Assembly (NCBI GenBank): GCA_043811535.1 | Contig: JBDRNC010000017.1 | Span: 189,121 to 253,120, forward strand | Reading direction: 5' to 3' | DNA length: 64,000 nucleotides | From: Elusimicrobiota bacterium | GTDB taxonomy: Bacteria; Elusimicrobiota; Endomicrobiia; Endomicrobiales; JBDRNC01 | Part shown: positions 9,636 to 19,305 of the stretch, piece by piece | Layout of the letters: every line of letters begins with the position of its first letter | Numbering within the stretch: the first letter of the stretch is position 1 | Notes under the pieces: model-generated | What the model was told of the DNA's origin: nothing | What the model saw: the letters and a program-made list of their open reading frames with translations, nothing else | The model's database searches: none | Program-made: the position numbers and the translations under genes

Positions 9636-11483
9636 TTATTTAATCCATTCTTTTATGCGGCCGGCTATCTTTTCAGGCGTGAAACCGCACAGCTCGCGCA
9701 GGATCTTCTGGCTTCCGTGCTCAATGAATTTGTCAGGGATAGCAATGTGAAGTAATTCGATGTTTTTTCCGGCGATCAGCCCGCTTACCGATGACCCGAG
9801 CCCTCCGACCGCGGAGTTTTCTTCAATGACTACGGCCTTCTTCGATTTACTTGCCAGATTCAGCACGACTTCGTCGTCCAGCGGTTTCAAGTATCTCATA
9901 TTAACGACGGCGCAATGGATGCCTGAAGCCTGAAGGATTTTCGCGGCGTCCATGGCGGGATGGACGGTATTGCCTATCGCGAATATGGAAACGTCCTTCC
10001 CTTCCATTTTTATTTCGGCTTTTCCAAAAGGCAGTTTTTTAAGAGTTACGTCAAGATTCACTCCGACCCCGGACCCGCGCGGGTAGCGTATTGCCGTCGG
10101 GCCGTTATGCAGGAGGGCGGTCTTGAGCATGTGCTGGAGCTCATTTTCGTCGGCAGGGGCCATAATCGCCAGATTCGGCACGAAATTAAGGAAAGAAAGG
10201 TCAAACGCCCCTTGATGCGTCGCGCCGTCTTCGCCGACAATGCCCGCGCGGTCAACACAGATCACGACCGGGAGCTTCTGAAGGGCGATATCATGTATTA
10301 TCTGATCCATGCCTCTCTGAAGAAACGTTGAATATATTGAGCAGACGGGTTTCATCCCTTCGGCGGCAAGACCGGCCGCGAAAGTAAGAGCGTGGCTTTC
10401 GGCTATGCCGACGTCAAAGAACCTTTCGGGGAATTCCTTGGCGAAAGAATCCATACCCGTTCCCGTAGACATCGCGGCCGTTATCGCCACTACTTTCGGA
10501 TCGTCCGCCGCAAGTTTAACAAGAGTCTGTCCGAAGATTTGAGTGTAGCTCGGGATCTTCCCGGGCTGTTCCGTTTCGCCGGTAATGATATTGAACCTTC
10601 CGACTCCGTGGAAATCTATGGGATTGTCTTCCGCCGGCTGATAACCTTTCCCCTTTTTTGTGATTACGTGCAGGAGGATAGGCCCTTTCATCTGTCTGAT
10701 GGCCGACAAGATCTCTATCATCTGGTGCAAGTCATGCCCGTCAACGGGCCCAATATACGCGAAACCCATTTCTTCGAAAAGCATTCCGGGGAATAGGAGC
10801 ACTTTGAACCTTTTTGCGACGCGCAGCAGCGTTGAGCCCCAGAAATGAATGCGTTTAAAGAACGTTTCAACCGATTTCTCGAATTTTTTCAGCGTGCCGG
10901 CGGTAAGAAGTTTCGCGAGATACCCCGCGACAGCGCCTACCCTGTGCGAAATGAACATCTCGTTATCGTTGAGTATCACAAGCAGGTCTTTGCCCAGATG
11001 TCCGGCATTCTGCAACCCTTCAAACGCGAGCCCCCCGGTCATGGAGCCGTCTCCCAGTATAGCGATTACTTTATAATCCTCTTTTTTCAGGTCGCGCGCC
11101 GCGGCGATCCCGAGCGCCGCGGATATGGAAGTTGAAGAATGCCCTGCTCCGAAAGAATCATATTCCGATTCATCTCTTTTAGGGAACCCGCTTATCCCTT
11201 TATACGTGCGCAGAGTATGAAACTTGTCCCTGCGTCCGGTGATGATCTTGTGGGCGTACGACTGGTGCCCGACGTCCCAGACGATTTTGTCTTTCGGCGC
11301 CTCAAAAACATAGTGCAGCGCGATCGTAAGCTCAACCGTTCCCAGGCTCGGAGCCAGATGGCCGCCCGTCTGCGAGACGGTCCGGATTATTTCGCCCCTG
11401 ATTTCTTCGGCGAGCTGGGTTAGCAGCTCCCTTTTGATTATCCTGAGGTCCTGCGGTTTGTTGATCTTTTCCAACACTGACAT
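9636..11483 (-). CDS. dxs: 1-deoxy-D-xylulose-5-phosphate synthase
   Basis: GGHLAPSLG, WDVGHQSY, GDGSMTGG, DGATHQG. Confidence 0.98.
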   Translation of the reverse strand: MSVLEKINKPQDLRIIKRELLTQLAEEIRGEIIRTVSQTGGHLAPSLGTVELTIALHYVFEAPKDKIVWDVGHQSYAHKIITGRRDKFHTLRTYKGISGFPKRDESEYDSFGAGHSSTSISAALGIAAARDLKKEDYKVIAILGDGSMTGGLAFEGLQNAGHLGKDLLVILNDNEMFISHRVGAVAGYLAKLLTAGTLKKFEKSVETFFKRIHFWGSTLLRVAKRFKVLLFPGMLFEEMGFAYIGPVDGHDLHQMIEILSAIRQMKGPILLHVITKKGKGYQPAEDNPIDFHGVGRFNIITGETEQPGKIPSYTQIFGQTLVKLAADDPKVVAITAAMSTGTGMDSFAKEFPERFFDVGIAESHALTFAAGLAAEGMKPVCSIYSTFLQRGMDQIIHDIALQKLPVVICVDRAGIVGEDGATHQGAFDLSFLNFVPNLAIMAPADENELQHMLKTALLHNGPTAIRYPRGSGVGVNLDVTLKKLPFGKAEIKMEGKDVSIFAIGNTVHPAMDAAKILQASGIHCAVVNMRYLKPLDDEVVLNLASKSKKAVVIEENSAVGGLGSSVSGLIAGKNIELLHIAIPDKFIEHGSQKILRELCGFTPEKIAGRIKEWIK

Positions 11484-11578
11484 AAGACTCCTGTTACATC
11501 TTTAGTTTAAAGTTTAATGTTTAGAGAATAAAAACGCTTGAAATATTTTTTAACGTTAAACTTGAAACCTTAAACTAT

Positions 11579-12478
11579 TTAGTACTGTCTTTTGATTATA
11601 TAATCGGCAAGTTCCATGAGGATATCAGCGCGCCTCGCGCGCCTGCCGAAAATATTCAGCGCAGTCTTGGCCGCGTCAACAGTCCTTGCGGCTTTCTTTC
11701 TGGATCCTTCGATTCCGAAAAGGGCCGGGTAAGTAAGCTTGTTATTCTTTCTGTCGCTTCCGCGTTTGCCCAGCAGTTTCTTGTCGGCCGTGATGTCCAG
11801 CACATCGTCGGCGATCTGGAACGCCAGCCCTATGTTTTCTCCGTATTTTTCAAGAGCCTTTTGTTTTCTTTTGCCGGCGCCCGACAGGACCGCGCCGATA
11901 AGCAAACTTGCTCTTATCAGGGCGGCGGTTTTATTTCTGTGTATATAGTCCAGACCTTTTACAATAAGTTTCCTGTTTTTATTCCGCCAGTTGCCGGCTT
12001 CAACTGTGTCTTTCATCTGCCCGCCCACCATGCCGCGGTGTCCGGACGCTTTTGAAAGCATGCCCGAGGCCGCGACGACGCGCGACGGAGCGGTTTTTGC
12101 GCCGCAAAGGGTTATTAAATTGAAAGCTTCTGTCAGCAGAGCGTCGCCCGCGAGGATTGCGGTTGCTTCTCCGAATTTCTTGTGCGTCGTGGGTTTGCCG
12201 CGCCTCAGGTCATCGTCGTCCATCGCGGGCAGGTCGTCGTGCACGAGCGAATAGGTATGGATGAATTCTACGGCGCAGGCCGCCGGAAGTACGTCGGACT
12301 GTTTTCCGCCGCAAAGTTCGGCCCCGGCAATGACAAGAATCGGTCTCAGGCGCTTCCCGCCGGCGAATAGGGCGTAGCGCATCGCCCTTTCAATGAGCGA
12401 ATTGCCTTTCGGAGCGAATCTCTTTAGCGCCCTGTTTACAACCGCCGCTTGTGATTTTAAATATTTATTAAGGTCCAT
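11579..12478 (-). CDS. ispA: Farnesyl diphosphate synthase
   Basis: GGKRLRP, HDDLPAMDDDDLRRG, FQIADDVLD. Confidence 0.95.
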   Translation of the reverse strand: MDLNKYLKSQAAVVNRALKRFAPKGNSLIERAMRYALFAGGKRLRPILVIAGAELCGGKQSDVLPAACAVEFIHTYSLVHDDLPAMDDDDLRRGKPTTHKKFGEATAILAGDALLTEAFNLITLCGAKTAPSRVVAASGMLSKASGHRGMVGGQMKDTVEAGNWRNKNRKLIVKGLDYIHRNKTAALIRASLLIGAVLSGAGKRKQKALEKYGENIGLAFQIADDVLDITADKKLLGKRGSDRKNNKLTYPALFGIEGSRKKAARTVDAAKTALNIFGRRARRADILMELADYIIKRQY

Positions 12479-12551
12479 ATAGATAATTACAGATTAACTG
12501 CTCATACCATGGTTGTGAATATGTAATCTGTAATATGTAATTTGTAATTGA

Positions 12552-12821
12552 TTAAAATAGTTCTTTTTTCCCGTTTCCTCCGTCATTTTCGGTATCGAAC
12601 GGCTCGGACGCGAGCTTGCCGCCTTTTTTGACGAGGATTTCCACTTTTTTCTTGGATTCTTCAAGTTTTTCCTGGCAGAACCTGACTAGCTTGATGCCTT
12701 CTTCAAAAAGAATCAGCGATTTGTCCAGGTCAACGTCTTGCTCCATCTTTTGAACGATTTCTTCAAGTCGTTTAAGGGCGTCTTCGAATTTCATGGTTTC
12801 CTGTCTGGTGTTCTTTGTCAT
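12552..12821 (-). CDS. xseB: Exodeoxyribonuclease VII small subunit
   Basis: FEDALKRLEEIV..LFEEGIKL; xseA-xseB-ispA synteny. Confidence 0.95.
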   Translation of the reverse strand: MTKNTRQETMKFEDALKRLEEIVQKMEQDVDLDKSLILFEEGIKLVRFCQEKLEESKKKVEILVKKGGKLASEPFDTENDGGNGKKELF

Positions 12822-12833
12822 AAACCACTCCCG

Positions 12834-14039
12834 TCAGTTAATGTCTTCTATCTTTCCGGTAAATTCGCCTTTGGAAAGTTTTACTTTAACCCTGTCGCCG
12901 GATTTAAGTATTTTCGTGTCAGTTAAAATGAGGTTCTCGGGGTCTTTCCAGCAGATCGAATATCCGCGTGAAAGCGTACTCAGCGGCGACAGCAGATTCA
13001 GTTTCTCGGAAAGCAGCCTGTAATTGTTTTCGCGGAGTTCGATTATTCTCGCGCTGGAATCGTTCAGCCTTTCAAGCATGTCGTCGATATCCCTTTTGCG
13101 GTCTTCAAAAATTTCGTGTGGCCTTGTCAGCGCCCTGCTGTCCGCGAAATACTTTAGTTTTTCGATCGCGGCGGAAATTATGAAGTCCATCTTGCTGCGC
13201 AGCCGCCTGTCCAGATTTGATATTTTATCGGCGAGTTCGGATTTGTTCCTTACTACGAGTTCGGCCGCCGCCGAGGGCGTCGGCGCCCTGAGATCGGCGA
13301 CAAAATCGGCTATCGTAAAATCAATTTCATGCCCGACGCAGGATATTATGGGTATGTCCGAAGACGCGATAGCCCTTGCCACAATTTCTTCGTTAAAGGC
13401 CCAGAGGTCCTCTATCGAGCCGCCTCCGCGGCCGACAAGCAGCACGTCAAGTTCTTGATGATTGGCGTTCAGGTATTCTATGGCCTGCGAAATCTCGAAT
13501 TTCGCTGTTTCGCCCTGGACCTGGACCGGATAGAGCAGTATCTCTACGTTGGCGAATCTCCGGTTTATTACGGTCAATATATCCTTGATCGCGGCGCCCG
13601 TCGGGGATGTCACTATGCCTATCTTCTGCGGAAGTGCCGGTATGGGCCTTTTTCTTTTCTGCTCGAACAGCCCTTCATTCTCAAGTTTTTCTTTCAGCTG
13701 TTCAAACGCGAGCTGCAGGGCTCCCTTGCCGGCGGGCTCCATGTATGAGATAATGAGCTGGTATTTCCCCTGGTAAGTGGAGACCTTGCCGCGGGCCAGC
13801 ACCTTCAACCCGTCTTCGATCTTGAATTTGAAAGAACGGTTTATTCCCTGGAATATCGCCGCGGGCAACTGCGAGCCGGCGTCCTTGAGAGACAGGTACA
13901 TGTGCCCCGAGGCGGAGTGAAGCTTGAAGTTCGACACTTCCCCTTCAACCCAGACATCGGGATACGTGCCTTCAAGGATCGCTTTGATCTCTTTGCTTAT
14001 TTCGCTTACGGAGTAGATTATTCTGCCGTCTGGATTCAT
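12834..14039 (-). CDS. xseA: Exodeoxyribonuclease VII large subunit
   Basis: VWVEGEVSN, GRGGGSIEDLWAFNEE, ADLRAPTPSAAAE. Confidence 0.97.
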   Translation of the reverse strand: MNPDGRIIYSVSEISKEIKAILEGTYPDVWVEGEVSNFKLHSASGHMYLSLKDAGSQLPAAIFQGINRSFKFKIEDGLKVLARGKVSTYQGKYQLIISYMEPAGKGALQLAFEQLKEKLENEGLFEQKRKRPIPALPQKIGIVTSPTGAAIKDILTVINRRFANVEILLYPVQVQGETAKFEISQAIEYLNANHQELDVLLVGRGGGSIEDLWAFNEEIVARAIASSDIPIISCVGHEIDFTIADFVADLRAPTPSAAAELVVRNKSELADKISNLDRRLRSKMDFIISAAIEKLKYFADSRALTRPHEIFEDRKRDIDDMLERLNDSSARIIELRENNYRLLSEKLNLLSPLSTLSRGYSICWKDPENLILTDTKILKSGDRVKVKLSKGEFTGKIEDIN

Positions 14040-14136
14040 ATAAAAATTGAGTAATGTGAAATGTTAGATGTGTAATGAATACTACATGGAACACTTGGTT
14101 TCATTAAACATTACACATAAAACATCAAACATTGTT

Positions 14137-14910
14137 CTAATTCAGGCTGAACCTGCTTATCTTTAAAGCCTTCCCGTCATTTTCGTTTATTTCTACCACG
14201 CAGCCCTGCATCACCGCGGGCCCTTTTGACACAACGAAATGCTGAGGTATGCCGGTAAGATATTTCTTGATGATTATTTCCTTGTCCATTCCTATCACGC
14301 CGTCGGCCGGCCCGGTCATGCCGGAATCCGAGATATAGGCTGTCCCGCCCGGGAGTATACTTTCGTCTGCTGTCGGGATGTGCGTGTGAGTCCCTATAAC
14401 CGCTGAGACGCGTCCGTCGAGATACCATCCCATCGTTTGTTTTTCAGAAGTTATTTCGGCGTGGAAATCGACAATGATATTCTTCGTTTCCTTGTTAATT
14501 ATTTCAAGGAGCTCATTGGCGGACCTGAAGGGGTCGTCGATAATAGGCATGTAGACACGCCCCATAAGATTTACGACAGCGGCCTTTTTTCCGTTTTTAG
14601 CGGTGTAGATATTCCATCCGCGCCCGGGCACGTTCGGAGGGTAATTCGCGGGGCGCAGGACTTTCGGATTTTCTATGGCGGTGTCTATTTCTTTCCTGTC
14701 AAAAGTGTGGTTTCCTAGGGTCAGGACGTCTATCCCGAGCCCGAAAAGCTCGCCTGCAATAGAGCCGGTCAATCCTTTCCCTCCCGCGGAGTTCTCGGCG
14801 TTGGCGATAACGAAGTCCGGGTTCTCCCGGCTCACAAGGCCGGGAAGCGTTTTGGCGATTATTCCCCGTCCCGGTTCTCCGACAATATCAGCAATAAAAA
14901 TTATCTTCAT
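14137..14910 (-). CDS. ymdB: YmdB-like metallophosphoesterase
   Basis: DIVGEPG, NAEN, TLGNH, DFHAEITSEK, GTHTH; follows rny. Confidence 0.92.
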   Translation of the reverse strand: MKIIFIADIVGEPGRGIIAKTLPGLVSRENPDFVIANAENSAGGKGLTGSIAGELFGLGIDVLTLGNHTFDRKEIDTAIENPKVLRPANYPPNVPGRGWNIYTAKNGKKAAVVNLMGRVYMPIIDDPFRSANELLEIINKETKNIIVDFHAEITSEKQTMGWYLDGRVSAVIGTHTHIPTADESILPGGTAYISDSGMTGPADGVIGMDKEIIIKKYLTGIPQHFVVSKGPAVMQGCVVEINENDGKALKISRFSLN

Positions 14911-14991
14911 AATTTTTAGAACGAAGACAGAAGAATGAAGAAGGAAGCTGACAAAACTTTTTACTTCCGTCTTCCATCTTCCCTCTTCCGT

Positions 14992-16548
14992 CTATTTTGC
15001 CACATCCTGCGCCCTGACTTCGCGTATCACGGTTATCTTGATCTGGCCCGGGTATTCAAGTTCCTGCTCTACTTTTTTGGCTACATCCCGCGCCAAAAGC
15101 TGAGCTCCCTGGTCGTCCACGTCTTCAGGCTCAACGAGGATCCTTATTTCGCGGCCGGCCTGTATCGCGTAAGCGGATGTGACGCCCCTGAACGTCGTTG
15201 CCAGTTTTTCAAGTTTCTCAAGGCGTTTCAAGTAATGTTCGATGGATTCGCGTCTCGCCCCGGGACGCGCTGCCGAGATTGCGTCAGCGGCTGCAACTAT
15301 GAATGCTTCGACGCTTTGCGGTTCCGCGATGCCTTCGTGATGCGAAAGGATCGCGTTTATCATTTTCGGGGATTCGCCGTATTTCTGCGCGACGTCCGCC
15401 GAGAGCTGGTGGTGAGTGCCTTCCACTTCGTGGTCCACGGCTTTGCCCACGTCGTGCATAAGCGCCGCTCTCTTGCAGAAGTTTATATCGGCCCTGAGCT
15501 CGCCTGCGATGGCGCCGGCGAGCCACGTTACTTCAAGCGTGTGCTGAAGCTGGTTCTGCCCGTACGAAGTGCGGTATTTCAATTTTCCGAGGAGTTTGAG
15601 TATTTCCGGGTGAAGTCCCGGTATGCCCGCTTCAATTGCCGCTTGCTCGCCTATTTCCTTCAGGGTGTTATCCATCTCTTTTTTGACTTTTTCCACGATT
15701 TCTTCGATGCGCGTCGGATGTATCCTTCCGTCGGTAATGAGCCGTTGCATCGATATCTTTGCGATCTCGCGCCTAACGCCGTCAAACGCGGATATCGTTA
15801 TCGCTTCGGGCGTGTCGTCAATAATGACATCTACTCCGGTTGCCTGTTCGAAAGCGCGGATGTTCCTGCCTTCGCGCCCTATGACGCGCCCTTTCATTTC
15901 GTCGTTTACAATAGGAACCGTGGTTGTCGTGATGTCGGCGGTGTGCTCCGCAGCGACGCGTTGTATGGCGATGGATAATATTTCCTTGGATTTTTTATCC
16001 GCGGTTTCTCTCGCTTCCTGCTCGAGTCTTTTGATTATGATCGCGGCTTCCTTCCTGGCCTCATCCTCAAGCGTCTGAATGAGCACCTTCTTGGCCTCTT
16101 CAGCGGTCATTCCCGCTACGCGCTCGAGGATCTTTGTCTGTTCTTCGCGCGTTCTAAGCACTGCCCGCTTTTCGTCTTCAAGCGACTGGTCCTTGGCCTT
16201 CAGATTCCGTTCGGCCTGCTGCAGTTCCTTCTCTTTTTTGTCCAGGATATCAAGTTTTCTCTCGAGATTTTCCTCTTTTTGATTGAGCCGTCGTTCAAAG
16301 TTCTGCTGTTCCTGCCTGCGCTCGCGCGTTTCACGTTCGAATTCGCGGCGCTCCCGTTCCATTACTTCCTTGACCTCAAGAAGCCCTTCTTTCTTTTTAT
16401 TCTCAGCGGAGGCTCTAGCTTCGTCTATAAGGCGCTGGGCAGTTCGTTCGGCTGACTTCATCTGCGTTTTCGCGTACATCATGCGCGCGAAATAGCCTAA
16501 CACGATGCCCAGAAAGGAGACTGCGATAATAATCAGGTAGATGCTCAT
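14992..16548 (-). CDS. rny: Ribonuclease Y
   Basis: N-terminal TM, coiled coil, KH ([13 protein letters not shown]), HD (HDVGK). Confidence 0.97.
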   Translation of the reverse strand: MSIYLIIIAVSFLGIVLGYFARMMYAKTQMKSAERTAQRLIDEARASAENKKKEGLLEVKEVMERERREFERETRERRQEQQNFERRLNQKEENLERKLDILDKKEKELQQAERNLKAKDQSLEDEKRAVLRTREEQTKILERVAGMTAEEAKKVLIQTLEDEARKEAAIIIKRLEQEARETADKKSKEILSIAIQRVAAEHTADITTTTVPIVNDEMKGRVIGREGRNIRAFEQATGVDVIIDDTPEAITISAFDGVRREIAKISMQRLITDGRIHPTRIEEIVEKVKKEMDNTLKEIGEQAAIEAGIPGLHPEILKLLGKLKYRTSYGQNQLQHTLEVTWLAGAIAGELRADINFCKRAALMHDVGKAVDHEVEGTHHQLSADVAQKYGESPKMINAILSHHEGIAEPQSVEAFIVAAADAISAARPGARRESIEHYLKRLEKLEKLATTFRGVTSAYAIQAGREIRILVEPEDVDDQGAQLLARDVAKKVEQELEYPGQIKITVIREVRAQDVAK

Positions 16549-16579
16549 TTCTTTGATACTCCTTTCGTTTATTACATGC

Positions 16580-17221
16580 TCATTTCTTTTTCGTCTGGCC
16601 CGCGCGGATTACCCTTTTGTCGGTTATTATCAATCCTACGGGAGTGTCGCTTTCGGTTTTAGGAAGGCGTTTGATGACCTGGAAATCAAAACATGCGCCG
16701 ACCCTTTTTTCTTTTCTGAATTTTTTAAGCCACTTGTCGTAATAACCCTTGCCGTATCCAAGCCTGTGCCCGCTTTCGTCAAAAGCGAGCCCCGGTACTA
16801 TGACAATATCGATCTTTGACGCTTTGATGACAGGACATGCGCCTGATTTAGGCTCGCGGATACCGTAAGCGCACGCTTCAAGATCATTTTCAACGGAATT
16901 CAAAACGAACGCGCAGACTTCTCCGGACACAATATCCACTTTCGGAACCGCGACCTTCTTTCCGTCGCGCCATGCCTGAGATATCATCGGTTCAGTGAAT
17001 ATCTCCGAGCCGTGCGTCATGGAAAACATTATGACGCGCGCGTTTTCGTACAGCTTTGTAGCACACAGTTTTTCTGTGATCCTGGAACTCCTCATCATTC
17101 TGGCGCTCGGCGTCAGCGCGTTCCTCTGTTCCAGGAATTTCTTTCTAAGATCTCTTTTTGTTTCCGAGATCCGACAGTCTTTTCTTGATCTGGGCTTCAA
17201 AGCCCTCTTCTGTTGGCTCAT
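16580..17221 (-). CDS. ygfA: 5-formyltetrahydrofolate cyclo-ligase (start uncertain; overlaps rarA end)
   Basis: [23 protein letters not shown]. Confidence 0.9.
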   Translation of the reverse strand: MSQQKRALKPRSRKDCRISETKRDLRKKFLEQRNALTPSARMMRSSRITEKLCATKLYENARVIMFSMTHGSEIFTEPMISQAWRDGKKVAVPKVDIVSGEVCAFVLNSVENDLEACAYGIREPKSGACPVIKASKIDIVIVPGLAFDESGHRLGYGKGYYDKWLKKFRKEKRVGACFDFQVIKRLPKTESDTPVGLIITDKRVIRAGQTKKK

Positions 17222-18476
17222 AGAATTTTTTTGGGTTAGGCCAGTATTCCTGTGCTACAAAATGTCCTGGGAAGCTGTGCGGGTATTTATACCCGACACC
17301 GTGGCCGCGTTTTCCCTCTCCATCGAGATTTGCGTCTTTAAGATGATCAGGCACCTGGCGCGGAGCTGAGTTCCTGGCTTCATGCAGCGCTCTCTCTATC
17401 GCGAGATAAGCAGCGTTTGATTTAGGCGCCGCGGCTATGTAAGTCGCGGCCTGAGCGAGCGGTATTCTTGCTTCAGGCATGCCGACGAATTCCACGGCGT
17501 CAAGAGCCGCCGTTGCTACGACAAGCGCGTCCGGATCCGCGTTGCCCACGTCTTCCGACGCGCAGATGACTATTCTTCTGGCGATGAAGCGCGGGTCTTC
17601 TCCTGCCGCGAGCATCTTCGCCATCCAGTAAAGAGCCGCGTCGGGGTCAGAGCCGCGCATCGATTTTATGAACGCGGAAATGTGATCGTAATGCTCGTCG
17701 CCGGATTTATCGTAAAGCAATATCTTTTTCTGGAGGGATTCTTCGGCGACCTTAAAATCAAAATTAACGGCGCCGTCGGCGGACGGTTTCGTGGAAAGGA
17801 CTCCTATCTCAATTGCGTTTAAAAGACGCCGCGCGTCCCCTCCCGAGTTTTTGATGAGATGTTCAGCCGCTTCTTTCTGAAGCTTGATCTTATGATTCCC
17901 GAAACCGTTTTCGGCGTTATTAAGCGCGTTTTCCAGTATCTGTCCGAGGTCTTTTTCCGATAACGGTTTGAATTCGAACAGTACTGATCTGGAAATAAGC
18001 GCAGAGTTTACGTAAAAATACGGGTTCTCGGTCGTGATACCTATGAGCGTGATTATCCCCTTTTCAACATCGGGGAGAAGAGCGTCCTGCTGGGTTTTGT
18101 TGAAGTGGTGTATTTCGTCAAGGAGAAGGGTTGTTTTCTGGGAAGAGATATTGAGCCTTGATTTTGCGGCTTCGACTATCTTGCGTATGTCGTTAACGCC
18201 TATAGTCACGGCATTGGTCTCTTCGAAATGCGACCGCGTTTTTCTTGCGATAATCCTGGCCAGCGCGCTCTTTCCGGTCCCGGGAGGGCCGTAAAAGATG
18301 ACGGAACCGAGCCTGTCGGATTCTATCGCGCGCCTGAGCATCATCCCCTGCTCCAGTATGTGTGACTGGCCCGCGAAACCCTCAAGGGATTTCGGCGTCA
18401 TCCTGAACGCCAGCGGTATATGTTCAATGTTTGATTTGGCGGTCTTTGAGAAAAAATCCGTCTGTTTCAAGTTCAT
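17145..18476 (-). CDS. rarA: Replication-associated recombination protein A
   Basis: YGPPGTGKS, DEIHHFNK, ISAFIKSMRGSDPDAA; start set at MNLKQ. Confidence 0.95.
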   Translation of the reverse strand: MNLKQTDFFSKTAKSNIEHIPLAFRMTPKSLEGFAGQSHILEQGMMLRRAIESDRLGSVIFYGPPGTGKSALARIIARKTRSHFEETNAVTIGVNDIRKIVEAAKSRLNISSQKTTLLLDEIHHFNKTQQDALLPDVEKGIITLIGITTENPYFYVNSALISRSVLFEFKPLSEKDLGQILENALNNAENGFGNHKIKLQKEAAEHLIKNSGGDARRLLNAIEIGVLSTKPSADGAVNFDFKVAEESLQKKILLYDKSGDEHYDHISAFIKSMRGSDPDAALYWMAKMLAAGEDPRFIARRIVICASEDVGNADPDALVVATAALDAVEFVGMPEARIPLAQAATYIAAAPKSNAAYLAIERALHEARNSAPRQVPDHLKDANLDGEGKRGHGVGYKYPHSFPGHFVAQEYWPNPKKFYEPTEEGFEAQIKKRLSDLGNKKRS

Positions 18477-18494
18477 ATATTTAGAATATAGAGT

Positions 18495-18589
18495 TAATCC
18501 ATCTCCGTCCCACACAGCGGGACTGCGGCGGATTTCGGTTTGATGTGGACGTCTTATTCAAATGCCCGATAAATCGGGCAGAACCTCAA
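18495..18589. repeat. 95-bp dispersed structured intergenic repeat, copy 1
   Basis: Aligns with 25524-25618 and 28317-28411 (GGCGGATTTC...CTTATTCAAATGC-hairpin-GCAGA). Confidence 0.85.
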
Positions 18590-18593
18590 AAAA

Positions 18594-18671
18594 ATCCCTG
18601 CAATACCGAAACCGTAATGCTGAAAGCCCGGAAGGGTTTTCACCGCTAAGGTTTATCGACACTGCAGGGAT
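18594..18671 (-). ncRNA. Short 6S-RNA-like hairpin
   Basis: Closing stem AUCCCUGCAGUGUCGA/UCGGUAUUGCAGGGAU, internal bubble, apical hairpin; directly downstream of zapA and upstream of ygfA; only 78 nt. Confidence 0.45.
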
Positions 18672-18696
18672 AAAAAACAGAGAACGGGCCTGTAAC

Positions 18697-18981
18697 TCAG
18701 GCCGTCAATACTTCATCCAGCACCCTGATAAAATCGTCCGCTTTCTTATCCAAAATGCCTGAAACGCTTTCTTTTGATTCTTTCAGGCGAAAAAGTTCAT
18801 CAGCGATGTTCAAAGCCGCTAAAATCGCCAATTTCTGCGTGTCAACGATACCGGTGTCTCTCTGGACTTCCGCCAGCTTGTCTTCGACATGCTGAGCCAA
18901 AGAATAGACATGAAGCTCGTCGCCGGGAGCTACTTCGACTTCGTATATGTGTCCGAGGATATTTACGGGAACCTTGTTCAT
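18697..18981 (-). CDS. zapA: Cell division protein ZapA
   Basis: VNILGHIY...KLAILAALNIADEL. Confidence 0.93.
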   Translation of the reverse strand: MNKVPVNILGHIYEVEVAPGDELHVYSLAQHVEDKLAEVQRDTGIVDTQKLAILAALNIADELFRLKESKESVSGILDKKADDFIRVLDEVLTA

Positions 18982-19211
18982 TGCTGGATTTGGGCTACGT
19001 TCAATTTCTTTAGCAGCTTCTCTATCCTCGCAGATACGGTCCTGCGTTCCTCTTTGAACGTTTCATTCTCTCTTAAAGTAACGTGCACTTTTTTTTGTTC
19101 GTTCTGAAGAAAAGCAAACTCTGCCTCCAACTTCTTGTTCTGCTCGCGGAGACGTAGTATCTGTTCTGCTGCTTGCCTTATCTTTCTTTCCAGAATATCT
19201 ATCTTATCCAC
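18978..19211 (-). CDS. ZapB-like coiled-coil protein
   Basis: 77-aa coiled coil translationally coupled to zapA. Confidence 0.7.
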   Translation of the reverse strand: MDKIDILERKIRQAAEQILRLREQNKKLEAEFAFLQNEQKKVHVTLRENETFKEERRTVSARIEKLLKKLNVAQIQQ

Positions 19212-19217
19212 AACTTA

Positions 19218-19246
19218 ATTTTATAACAAAAACAGGCGTATGTCAA
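19218..19246 (-). promoter_or_regulatory. sigma70 promoter of the zapB-zapA operon
   Basis: TTGACA-17 nt-TAAAAT. Confidence 0.75.
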
Positions 19247-19305
19247 GTGTTGAATTGCATGATTTTGTTATGATTTTTTCGTAAATGATAAGAAATGACT
19301 TGAAG

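Noticed and set aside
14935..15978. 347-aa plus-strand ORF and many other antisense ORFs
   Set aside because: Shadows of rny and other well-supported minus-strand genes; no recognisable motifs
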